The notes under the pieces were generated by a model. The model searched no databases and had not been told where the DNA came from. It worked only from the letters and a program-made list of their open reading frames with translations. 64,000 nt of DNA, taken from the NCBI GenBank assembly GCA_030550585.1, contig JAUQPB010000001.1:576001-640000 (forward strand), in the 5' to 3' direction. This DNA is from Thermoproteota archaeon (GTDB taxonomy: Archaea > Thermoproteota > Thermoprotei_A > Sulfolobales > Ignisphaeraceae). Both the position numbers and the translations under genes were made by a program. Below, piece by piece: positions 19,910 through 28,992 of the stretch (position 1 is its first letter; every line of letters begins with the position of its first letter).

Positions 19910-20563
19910 ATGAACCTTACACAACTTTTTCAAACAATTTCATTCATAGCTTTGAAAGGCATTGCAAACACCTTTCTACTGTCTTTTGGAGCTTTTGCAC
20001 TAGGTCTCGCACTTGGCTCGCTACTCGCCTTTCTACAAGTTCTTGGGGCTGGTTTTCTAGCTAAGGTGATAGACTATGTCACAAGGATTCTCCGTAGCAT
20101 TCCACCGGTTCTAATGCTTTTTATAGTGTTCTACGGTTTTAGAATAGATAATGTTGTTGCCGCTATAGTTGGGCTTGGGATTATAAGCTCTTCATACCAG
20201 TCGCAGATTTTTAGAGGTATTATAGAAGCTGTTGCGGCGAGGCAGCTTGAGGCCGCTTTTTCAATAGGTTTTAGCAGGTGGGATGCATTTCGCAATGTTA
20301 TCTTCCCACAAGTGATATTGTTGTCTATCCCGGCTTTGCTAAACGAATTTACAACGATTCTAAAGGATTCGTCGATAGCTTATGCTATAGGGGTTGTAGA
20401 GATATTTACTGTTGCGATAAACTTGGCTAACGCTAGAATGGAGTACACCCTCCCCTTAATATCTGTGTCAATTCTATACATAATAATATGTCTTAGCATA
20501 TCATATCTAGCAAATCTAATACACAAGAAAATAGCTTTGCTAGGCTATGGTGAGTCAATATGA
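19910..20563 (+). CDS. Polar amino-acid ABC transporter permease
   Basis: RSIPP, EAA loop (QLEAAFSIG), KDSSIA. Confidence 0.9.
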   Translation: MNLTQLFQTISFIALKGIANTFLLSFGAFALGLALGSLLAFLQVLGAGFLAKVIDYVTRILRSIPPVLMLFIVFYGFRIDNVVAAIVGLGIISSSYQSQIFRGIIEAVAARQLEAAFSIGFSRWDAFRNVIFPQVILLSIPALLNEFTTILKDSSIAYAIGVVEIFTVAINLANARMEYTLPLISVSILYIIICLSISYLANLIHKKIALLGYGESI

Positions 20564-21324
20564 GGGTGTTGTTAGAGGCTATAGATATACACAAGTACTT
20601 TGGCAGGCAACACATTCTAAAAGGTGTTAACCTATCTGTACCTGAGGGAGAAACAATTGTAATCATAGGCCCTTCGGGCTCCGGAAAATCAACTCTTCTA
20701 AGATGTCTCAATCTTCTAATAAAGCCTGATAGGGGGAGGATAATATTCGATGGAATAGATATAACAGGCAAAGATGTAGATATCCACAAAATTAGGCAAG
20801 AGATAGGGTTTGTATTTCAGAGCTACAATCTATTCGCGCATTTAACTGCAATAGAAAATGTTATGCTAGGTCTTGTAAAGGTTAAGAAGATGGGTAGAGA
20901 GGAGGCCAAGAAAATTGCGGCCGAGGCTCTCTTGTCAGTTGGGATAACAGAAGATCTTTGGAGCAAGTACCCAGCCCAGCTATCTGGTGGCCAGCAGCAG
21001 AGGGTTGCAATAGCGAGGGCTATAGCCATGAACCCGAGGCTTCTACTCCTAGACGAGCCAACCTCTGCCCTAGACCCAGAGCTTACTGTAGAGGTTTTGA
21101 AGGTTCTTGAAAAGCTATCTGAAAAGAGAATGACGATGGTTATTGTTACCCACGAGCTCGGGTTTGCTATGAGGGTGGCAGACGAGGTTGTGTTTATGGA
21201 GGATGGCACAATAGTTGAAAGGGGCCCTCCCGAAAAGATTTTGATCAATCCTGAGAAGGAGAGGACAAGAGCCTTTGTTTCAAAGCTCATGGAGCTATAC
21301 AAGATGGAGAGGATGCATAGATGA
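20560..21324 (+). CDS. Polar amino-acid ABC transporter ATPase (GlnQ-like)
   Basis: GPSGSGKS, LSGGQQQRVAIARA, LLDEPTSALDPE. Confidence 0.93.
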   Translation: MRVLLEAIDIHKYFGRQHILKGVNLSVPEGETIVIIGPSGSGKSTLLRCLNLLIKPDRGRIIFDGIDITGKDVDIHKIRQEIGFVFQSYNLFAHLTAIENVMLGLVKVKKMGREEAKKIAAEALLSVGITEDLWSKYPAQLSGGQQQRVAIARAIAMNPRLLLLDEPTSALDPELTVEVLKVLEKLSEKRMTMVIVTHELGFAMRVADEVVFMEDGTIVERGPPEKILINPEKERTRAFVSKLMELYKMERMHR

Positions 21325-21998
21325 TAGAGGAAGTAATAAGGATTTTTACAAGCTATGGCCCAGAATTGCTGTCTGCTTTAATTCTAACACTTGAGGTAAC
21401 GTTCATCTCTTTTGCTATTGGCCTTGGTGGAGGGGCTCTCATAGCAATTCTAAGAGCGTCTTCACCAAAGCCAATAAAAGCATTGATAATGCTGTTAGTA
21501 GAGCTTGTGAGAGGAACTCCAATGCTTGTACAGCTCTTCTTCATATACTATGCATTACCGCAAGTTGGTGTGAAACTAGATTCGTTTACAGCAAGTGTTG
21601 TGGCAATGGGTCTAAACTCGGCTGTTTACCAGTCAGAGTATTGGAGAACAGCGATAGGCTCTATCCCAAGAACACAGTGGGAAGCTGCATACTCTCTTGG
21701 GCTAAACACCTTTGGTGTGCTGACAAATGTTGTTATGCCCCAAGCCCTTAGAATAGTCATGCCACTGCTCTCAAATGAGCTGATATACCTACTGAAATTC
21801 AGCTCTATAGCATATTTCGTTGCCTTGCCCGAGCTCGTCTACACAGGGAAGTGGATAGCCTCAAAAACATTTGCATACATAGAGATCTATGTAATTATAG
21901 CAATATTCTACATCGTTATAACATTGTTTTTAAGCGAGATACTAAACAGAATAGAAAAGAAACTGTATATACCAGGACTAGCAATAAAAAGAATATAG
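21321..21998 (+). CDS. Polar amino-acid ABC transporter permease
   Basis: RGTPMLVQLF, QWEAAYSLG, PQALR. Confidence 0.9.
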   Translation: MIEEVIRIFTSYGPELLSALILTLEVTFISFAIGLGGGALIAILRASSPKPIKALIMLLVELVRGTPMLVQLFFIYYALPQVGVKLDSFTASVVAMGLNSAVYQSEYWRTAIGSIPRTQWEAAYSLGLNTFGVLTNVVMPQALRIVMPLLSNELIYLLKFSSIAYFVALPELVYTGKWIASKTFAYIEIYVIIAIFYIVITLFLSEILNRIEKKLYIPGLAIKRI

Positions 21999-22058
21999 GG
22001 ATATAGGGCAGTAAAAAGAGTTGGAGCCGAGATATACCCCTCCTTAAAGGTTTAAGCT

Positions 22059-22247
22059 ATGTACCCCAATAACAAATTTAGAGAGGTGTTCAAAATCTCT
22101 TACACGAGCAGGGGTAGATACAGGACTTCGAGGAGAAACCTAGATGACCTAGTAAAGCTAGCCAAAACCGGTAAAGAGCTTATAGATCTGTATATTGAGG
22201 TGGTTGAGTGGAAGGGATTCCAAAGAGTATTAGCGATAAAGATGTAG
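22059..22247 (+). CDS. Small hypothetical protein overlapping the start of the nucleotidyltransferase pseudogene
   Basis: 62-aa ORF after a TTTAAG TATA-like box; overlaps the GAGGTG/GTG start of the next frame. Confidence 0.35.
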   Translation: MYPNNKFREVFKISYTSRGRYRTSRRNLDDLVKLAKTGKELIDLYIEVVEWKGFQRVLAIKM

Positions 22248-22841
22248 AAGAGGTTGTTGAAAAACTCTATAGAGACTTTATGAAGAGGATTTTTCCAAGG
22301 CTCCAGAAGATCTCTGATGAGGGTAAAAGATATTTATTCTTTATAGCATGGCTAAACAGCGCCTTTGAGTAGATGGGGATTGGAAGAATTGTTGTTACAA
22401 GTGGGTTTGCTGTGGAGATATATACTGGAAGGGTGTATAGAACTATGGATATAGATGTAATTGTTGAGGGGGAGAAGGCAAAAGTGTGTTAGAGCTATTT
22501 TTAGAGAGGTTTTCAGAGAGGATCGGCAGAGGATATCTGCCAACCTATAAAATTCTTCAGCTAAAATCCATAGACATTGTCTCAACAGCTTACAGAAGAA
22601 AGGTTCAGCCAACAAAAATTATAGTATATAACCAGCATGTCTATCTAGACCCTATAGAAGAACTTATAGTGGCGTATCTTGTTGGATGGAAGTACTGGGG
22701 TCTACAGAGGATAGGGACAAGGCCTAATGGCTCTATGCCATGTGGAGAGATAGAATAGATCAAAGCTATCTAGATTCAAGAGCTAGAGAAGAGAATGTAG
22801 AGGACTATCTAGAGATTCTCGGAGGCATGCAAACACCATAA
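22208..22841 (+). pseudogene. Disrupted minimal nucleotidyltransferase (DUF6036-like)
   Basis: Reconstructed: ...NSAFE*MGIGRIVVTSGFAVEIYTGRVYRTMDIDVIVEG / LELFLERF...WKYWG / STEDRDKA*WLYAMWRDRIDQSYLDSRAREENV; TAG 22370, TAA 22725 and two frameshifts (~22486, ~22699). Confidence 0.75.
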
Positions 22842-22951
22842 TCAATATATTACTGCCATTATTTATTTGTGCTATGTATAAGAGTCATTAGATATGTAAA
22901 CCTTATAAGCATTTAACTGTTTACAATATTTCTATAGTGATAGGTGGGAAA

Positions 22952-24406
22952 ATGAAGAAAAAGAATGTTTTACTCATAGCGGTAGCCATCGTATTAATCG
23001 CTGTAGTAGCATCAATAGTTTACATATATTGGCCAAAGCCCGGAGGCGGTGCCTCAATCTCAGAGCAAACTCTCAAGCCTGTTTCCCTTAGAATTATGAC
23101 TACATGGAGTCAGTGGTCCGCTGACGACTTTAACAGGTACTTCTTTGCTGAAAGCGGTATGCCCAGAGCAGGTGTTGTACAACCTTCAGCAGCGATGATA
23201 TTGAATATAACAAATATAACGTTTATACGTGTTGAAGATCCCAAGATATGGCGTGAGGCAGGCCTTAATGGTAGTGTCGATGGGTTCATAGGACAGAATA
23301 GATATAATATAACCACATTGTGTAATGAGGGTGCTTTGCACCCAATACAAGATCCCAAGATACTTGAGCTCGCAAAATATATACCTGACGCACTCAAAGG
23401 CTATACAAAAGATGGGAAGCTGTGCTGGGTTGCCATATACTTTATGCCGTATGTATGGCTTGTTAATCTGGATTATGCGAAGAAAGTGGGGGTTGAAGTG
23501 CCCAGCACATGGTCTGATTTGCTAAAACCAGAGTATCTGTCTATAATTACCCAAGGTGCCTATCTTATGGCGGTTTATCCGGTTCCAAATAGAGATCCTA
23601 TGGTGAATAGCGTGAACACCATTCTTGCTAAATATGGTTGGGAGAAGGGGTGGAGCATAATAGCAGTTGTTATGGGCGCAGCTTCAAGGCTTGAAACAAG
23701 CAGTAAGGCAGCAGGAGATTCTGTAGCATTTGGAAAAGCTCTGCTAACAGTGCTGGCATTCGACTCAGCATTCACGGAGTACTCTATGTTCCCAGGCAAA
23801 CTCGACATAGTGTTCCCCAAGAACGAAACAGGCTATTGGTTTACACCCATAGCTATAGCAGCTAACATTTCCAGCGATAGACTAGACGGTATGTATAGAC
23901 TCATTAGATGGGCTCTAACAGACATGCAAGACAAGATGCTTTTCAACAGATCTGGCTGGAGCTTCAACATGCCGGTTCTAGGATTCAACAATACAAGCCC
24001 TAGAATGGCATATAAGGAAAAAGCCATACAAAACCTCTTTGTTACACCAACAGACCTAGATCTAGCCTTAGGCGAAGCAGCCCCAGCAACAACACTTTAC
24101 GCAAACATACTTGTGTCAGATAAAGATGTGAGAAACCTCCTAAAAGAGGTTGTGACAAAGATTATTGAGAAATATAAATCAAATCAGATAAGCCTTGACG
24201 ACTACTATCGATACATTGAGATGATAGGCCAGCCGCCCAAATTCAAAGATCCTTTAACAGGTAATGAAACAACATTCTCATTGGACGAAGCACGGCGGCT
24301 GGGTAATGCAATACGGAGCGGTGCTATAAAAGGAGAGGATCTTGAAAAAGAGCTGAAAAGTGCTATCATAAACAACCTCAACACCATTTTGCAAGCCCTT
24401 GGCTAG
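22952..24406 (+). CDS. Membrane-anchored ABC substrate-binding protein (Fe3+/thiamine/AfuA-like class)
   Basis: N-terminal KKK+TM, PSTWSDLLKPEY, YGWEKGW, PIAIA; no cognate permease adjacent. Confidence 0.7.
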   Translation: MKKKNVLLIAVAIVLIAVVASIVYIYWPKPGGGASISEQTLKPVSLRIMTTWSQWSADDFNRYFFAESGMPRAGVVQPSAAMILNITNITFIRVEDPKIWREAGLNGSVDGFIGQNRYNITTLCNEGALHPIQDPKILELAKYIPDALKGYTKDGKLCWVAIYFMPYVWLVNLDYAKKVGVEVPSTWSDLLKPEYLSIITQGAYLMAVYPVPNRDPMVNSVNTILAKYGWEKGWSIIAVVMGAASRLETSSKAAGDSVAFGKALLTVLAFDSAFTEYSMFPGKLDIVFPKNETGYWFTPIAIAANISSDRLDGMYRLIRWALTDMQDKMLFNRSGWSFNMPVLGFNNTSPRMAYKEKAIQNLFVTPTDLDLALGEAAPATTLYANILVSDKDVRNLLKEVVTKIIEKYKSNQISLDDYYRYIEMIGQPPKFKDPLTGNETTFSLDEARRLGNAIRSGAIKGEDLEKELKSAIINNLNTILQALG

Positions 24407-24501
24407 AAAACTACAATCTCTACTCCAATAACACCTATTTAAACTGTAGATAAATTTTTAAACTGTCAACCTAATTTCTTTTCAGATATAAGGTGAACTA
24501 G

Positions 24502-26793
24502 GTGCCTGCAAAGATATCTAAGAAAATGAAAATGGCATATGCATTCACCCTCTTAATGTTGCTAGGAACGCTATCCACATTGGTTATTCAATCGATCCAA
24601 GCACAAGAATTGAAAAGAAGTGAAACGTTTGTCGAAGGCACTGTTGGTGCTCCAGTACTTAACTGGAACATCTTCGCGCCTGGAGGAACTGGGGGCATGG
24701 AGTGGGGCACATGGCAACTCCTATATCTGCCAGTAGCAATGCAAAACACGCTAACACAAGATTGGCTTCTACTGCTTATAGACAGAATAGTGTTTAATGG
24801 AAGTGACATGACGATAACTATTCACATAAGAGACGAGGCTAAGTGGAGCGATGGAACTCCAATAACAAGCAACGATCTAATACAAGGCTACAAGCTAAGT
24901 AGGCAGGTAGGAGCTGGTTTGTGGGGCGATTGGTGTATATACAACTATGAGATAATCGATGATAAGACATTGAAGTACTACATAGGTAGATCGCCAGGAC
25001 AGGAAGCACCACCAAGGGAAGAGGTGTCTATGGATTGGCTTGGAGGGCCCATTGGATGCATACTGTTTGTAAGACCAGTACCCGTACACGTGTTTGGACC
25101 TATTGTTGATCAGATGGGCGATAGTATGAGAGTTAATTGGAGAAACGATGACCCGTCAAAACAGGTTGTATCAGGGCCTTTCAAGCTTTACTATGCCGAT
25201 GCTACAAAGGTTATATATGAGAGGATAGATGATTGGTGGGGCAAGGACATCTTTGGGCTTCCAAAATTCAAGTATCTCGAATTCGTCTACTTCAAGGATG
25301 TGAACCTAGCCATATCTGCAATGCTTAATGGCGATGTCGATGGATTCACACTGCTTGGCGGTGTCTTTGTGCCAAATGTTGCAGATTTGATAGCCAAGGG
25401 CTTGCATGTGTGGTCCAATACAACGCCATACTTCATACCATCTGCTATATACTGGCTGTTCCTGAATTTGAATAACCCAGTTTTCAAGTCTGTTGAGGTT
25501 AGGAGAGCCATTGCATGGGCAATACCATGGGAGGATATTACCAAATACGGCTTATACAATATGGTTGAACAGGCACCTATCGTGGGATTTGTGGCCGAGG
25601 GTGCATACAAGGACTACATTAATCACACTGCATGCATGCAATTCTGGGGCAACCCAGACTGTCTAATGAAGCAGGATATAAACAAAGCGAAGCAGATACT
25701 AGATAGTGCTGGCATTGTAGACAGGGACGGTGATGGCATTAGAGAGCTCCCAGATGGAACAAAGCTAAAATTCACAATAACTGTGGTGGCAGGAGATGTA
25801 ATACAAAATAGTGTAGCCTCGCTAATAGCAGACGCTCTAAGCTCGATTGGTATACAAGCCACAGTTCAAGCGCTAGATTCCAGGGTATGGTGGAACAACT
25901 TCCAAAATGGTCAATTCGATGCAACTCTATGTTGGAGCGCGGGAGCATATGAGGTCGGCCATGTCAGAAACTCTTATGGAAATGCTCTATATCCTTCATG
26001 GGGTAACATGGCTAAGTGGATCGGGTACTCCAACGACAGGCTCAATGCATTGTTTGATGAACTGATGAGGTCTACTATCGATCCAGAGAAAGAGAAGGAG
26101 CTTGTATATGCTATCCAGGAGATATTATTTGAAGACCTGCCATCAATACCATTATACTACACACCACTATTCTGGCTATACAACACAAAATACTGGGACG
26201 GGTGGCCAAATGCAGCAAGGCCGTGGTGGATACCGTCTTGGTGGGGCTCGTTACCAATACTATTCTTCATAGTACCTGCTGGACAGCCTGTAGAAAAGCC
26301 GTGGTGGTTGAAGCAATACGATGAAGGAGGAGCACTAATATCGATGAGCAAATACAATGAATATCTTAGAAAATCCATATACGAAGGACAAAGCTTTGTT
26401 GTAGAATCGGGTAAGCCACCTACAACTACCACTCCACAAACTACCACTACTACTCCTCCGGCCACAACAACTCCTCCTGCTACAACAACATCTCCATCAC
26501 CAACAACTTCGTCTCCAACGCCAACTACGCCAACATTTCCACAAACTACCACTTCGCCAACAGCTCCAACAACTTCACCAACCGCTCCAACACAAGTAGT
26601 AACAGTCACAATTCCATACACAGTTACTGCTACTGCCACAGTCACATCAGTGGCTACAGTCACAACAACATCGGTATCAGTATCACCAACAACAACAACA
26701 GTAGAGGTGACAAACTGGACAATAACAGCAGCACTAGCAATAGCACTACTCATAGTAGGATTCGCAATCGGATGGCTCATAAAAAGAAAATAA
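24502..26793 (+). CDS. Family 5 (Opp/Dpp-type) substrate-binding protein, probably oligosaccharide-binding, with Thr/Pro linker and C-terminal TM anchor
   Basis: AKWSDGTPITSND, SGPFKL, VRRAIAWAI, DRDGDGIRE, DLPSIPLYY, WDGWPNA; Trp-rich. Confidence 0.9.
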   Translation: MPAKISKKMKMAYAFTLLMLLGTLSTLVIQSIQAQELKRSETFVEGTVGAPVLNWNIFAPGGTGGMEWGTWQLLYLPVAMQNTLTQDWLLLLIDRIVFNGSDMTITIHIRDEAKWSDGTPITSNDLIQGYKLSRQVGAGLWGDWCIYNYEIIDDKTLKYYIGRSPGQEAPPREEVSMDWLGGPIGCILFVRPVPVHVFGPIVDQMGDSMRVNWRNDDPSKQVVSGPFKLYYADATKVIYERIDDWWGKDIFGLPKFKYLEFVYFKDVNLAISAMLNGDVDGFTLLGGVFVPNVADLIAKGLHVWSNTTPYFIPSAIYWLFLNLNNPVFKSVEVRRAIAWAIPWEDITKYGLYNMVEQAPIVGFVAEGAYKDYINHTACMQFWGNPDCLMKQDINKAKQILDSAGIVDRDGDGIRELPDGTKLKFTITVVAGDVIQNSVASLIADALSSIGIQATVQALDSRVWWNNFQNGQFDATLCWSAGAYEVGHVRNSYGNALYPSWGNMAKWIGYSNDRLNALFDELMRSTIDPEKEKELVYAIQEILFEDLPSIPLYYTPLFWLYNTKYWDGWPNAARPWWIPSWWGSLPILFFIVPAGQPVEKPWWLKQYDEGGALISMSKYNEYLRKSIYEGQSFVVESGKPPTTTTPQTTTTTPPATTTPPATTTSPSPTTSSPTPTTPTFPQTTTSPTAPTTSPTAPTQVVTVTIPYTVTATATVTSVATVTTTSVSVSPTTTTVEVTNWTITAALAIALLIVGFAIGWLIKRK
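26419..26700 (+). repeat. Low-complexity Thr/Pro/Ser linker (TTTPPA x2, SPTAPT x2, alternating VT) in the SBP
   Basis: Imperfect ACN-rich tandem codon repeats visible in the DNA. Confidence 0.85.
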
Positions 26794-26807
26794 AATAAAA
26801 CAAAACA

Positions 26808-26820
26808 CTCTTTTTTAATT
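26808..26820 (+). terminator. T-tract terminator after the SBP gene
   Basis: CTCTTTTTTAATT right after the stop; the same TCTTTTTTAATT follows the dppC-like gene at ~28908. Confidence 0.5.
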
Positions 26821-27010
26821 ATTTAACTTTATAGTTCTTTTAAAATGTCTATTCTATATAATAAACAAGAATAGAGGAACTTTTGAGGAACGAAGATTTG
26901 AAATATTTATTGCTTCACGCATAGATTGGTTTACTATAAACTTATTTACAGGTACAAACATTAGTGTTTTAGTGAGTTAGTGAAAAGAGATAATGTGGGG
27001 TATCTAAACA

Positions 27011-28042
27011 ATGGCTAGGCTATCAATAGATAGAAGTGTAGTCATATATCTAATCAGAAAAATTGTGTTGTTGATTGTAACATATTTTATTGCAGTTACA
27101 ATAGTCTTTATATTGCCTAGGCTAATACCAGGCAACCCACTGGCTATGAAAATGCAACAAATTATTCAGCAGTACATATATAATCCTGCGCTAGTTCCAC
27201 AGGTATATAAAGAGCTTTTAAATATATTCCAATTTGATAAGCCGTGGTATGTACAATATGTGACGTTTTTGAGCATGGCTTTTAGAGGGGATTTTGGAAT
27301 ATCTACTGATATGTTTCCACTAAAGGTTACCGACATTATTGCAATGGCATTGCCGTGGACATTGGCGCTGGTGGTTCCAGCTATATTAGCGTCTTGGTTT
27401 GTAGGAAATATTATCGGTGCTTATGCTGGGTATAAAAGAGGGAGTCTATCAGAAAAGGTTATTGTTGGCTATTCACTTATAGTGTCGAGAATACCTTACT
27501 ACTGGTTGGCAATGCTACTGCTGTTTGCCTTTGCATTCCAGTTGCGCATATTTCCTGTAGGTGGAATAACATCTGCGGGTATAAGACCTTCGCTATCAAT
27601 CCAATTTATCGTCGACTATCTATGGCATTACACACTACCGTTTCTGTCGATATTCATAGTCGAATCAGCAGGTTGGATGGGCTCTATGAGAATTTTGGTA
27701 GGTAGCGAGCTAGGCTCAGACTATATACTATATGCTGACTCTCTCGGCACAAAGGATAGAGTCATATTTAGATATGCCTATAGGAACTCTTTGTTGCCTC
27801 AAGTAACAGGGCTTGCTTTAAGCCTAGGGTTTTCGATAACCGGTGTGCTGGTAACAGAAACTGTGTTTAACTATCCAGGGCTTGGATACTTCCTATCAAG
27901 AGCCATTGGATCTCTAGACTATCCTGTTATACAAGGAATATTCCTGATAGTCATAGCAACAGTTTTCATGGCCAACTTCATTGTAGACTTCATATATGCC
28001 TTGATAGACCCGAGAATTAGACTTGGTGGCAGGGGGGTGTAG
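27011..28042 (+). CDS. Opp/Dpp-type ABC permease (DppB-like)
   Basis: PRLIPGNP, GDFGIS, ALPWTL, YAYRNSLLP, ETVFNYPGLG, DPRIR. Confidence 0.92.
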   Translation: MARLSIDRSVVIYLIRKIVLLIVTYFIAVTIVFILPRLIPGNPLAMKMQQIIQQYIYNPALVPQVYKELLNIFQFDKPWYVQYVTFLSMAFRGDFGISTDMFPLKVTDIIAMALPWTLALVVPAILASWFVGNIIGAYAGYKRGSLSEKVIVGYSLIVSRIPYYWLAMLLLFAFAFQLRIFPVGGITSAGIRPSLSIQFIVDYLWHYTLPFLSIFIVESAGWMGSMRILVGSELGSDYILYADSLGTKDRVIFRYAYRNSLLPQVTGLALSLGFSITGVLVTETVFNYPGLGYFLSRAIGSLDYPVIQGIFLIVIATVFMANFIVDFIYALIDPRIRLGGRGV

Positions 28043-28046
28043 AGCT

Positions 28047-28898
28047 ATGAAAATACCCCTAATGTTATACGCTGTTTTAACAAACAAGAGATTTTTAATA
28101 GGGATTACGGTATTCATGGCAATAGTTTTGCTAGGTCTTATAGGGCCTCTCGTATATCCTAGAAGCCCGTTTGAGAGAGGTCCTCAAAACTTGCCACCAT
28201 CGCTAGAGTATCCCTTGGGCACTGACGGACTTGGCAGAGATGTTTTTGCACAGTTTCTATATGCTATAAGAACCTCTCTCTTCATAGGACTTGTAACAGC
28301 TCTAATAGCATTGCCTATAGGATTGGTGATAGGGGCTGTTGCAGGAATTAAAGGCGGTCTTATAGACGATGCTCTGATGTCTTTAACAAACATCTTCTTA
28401 GCTATTCCAAACTGGCTTGTGGCTGTCCTCATAGCATCTTATCTGCCGCCGGAGCAGCGAGGTCCTCACATAATAGCAACCTTGATAGGGTTGTTTAGCT
28501 GGCCCTGGTTTGCAAGAGCTATCAGAGCACAGCTTATGAGTTTAAAGGAAAGAGAGTTCATATACCTATCTAGAATGGCTGGCTGGGGAGACCTGAAAAT
28601 AGTTTTTGTAGATCTTCTACCAAATCTAGGGCCGTATATAGTAAGCGCCTTTGCAGCATTTATGGCTGGTGGCATAGCTGGAGAAGCAGGATTAGCACTA
28701 CTACTCTCAACACAGATGGTGAAATACGTCTCACTAGGTATGATGCTATATTGGGCCAGCTACTTTGTAGCCTATGTAACTGGTGCGTGGTGGCTTTTCC
28801 TACCGCCAGGAATAACAATAGTAGCATTGACAACATCTCTAACGCTAGTTGCTTTAGGATTGGAAGACGTGTTCAATCCAAGGCTTAGAGGAATATAA
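28047..28898 (+). CDS. Opp/Dpp-type ABC permease (DppC-like)
   Basis: PPSLEYPLGTDGLGRDVF, RAIRAQLMSLKEREF, WWLFLPPG, NPRLR; ATG 28047 behind GGGGGTG. Confidence 0.92.
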   Translation: MKIPLMLYAVLTNKRFLIGITVFMAIVLLGLIGPLVYPRSPFERGPQNLPPSLEYPLGTDGLGRDVFAQFLYAIRTSLFIGLVTALIALPIGLVIGAVAGIKGGLIDDALMSLTNIFLAIPNWLVAVLIASYLPPEQRGPHIIATLIGLFSWPWFARAIRAQLMSLKEREFIYLSRMAGWGDLKIVFVDLLPNLGPYIVSAFAAFMAGGIAGEAGLALLLSTQMVKYVSLGMMLYWASYFVAYVTGAWWLFLPPGITIVALTTSLTLVALGLEDVFNPRLRGI

Positions 28899-28992
28899 AA
28901 TTAAATGTCTTTTTTAATTAATGCGTCTTCCCCATTTTAATATAGATTTATATAGTGGTTACTATCCTTATATCAAGTAAAGGGTAGACAAT

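Noticed and set aside
22370-22372. In-frame TAG as possible pyrrolysine or readthrough
   Set aside because: The same gene also has a TAA and two frameshifts; simple decay explains it and no pyl genes are seen
26157-26780. 207-aa Val/Gly-rich minus-strand ORF (and a similar one at 29835-30215)
   Set aside because: Antisense shadow of ACN/CCN-rich Thr/Pro linkers, which lack stops on the reverse strand
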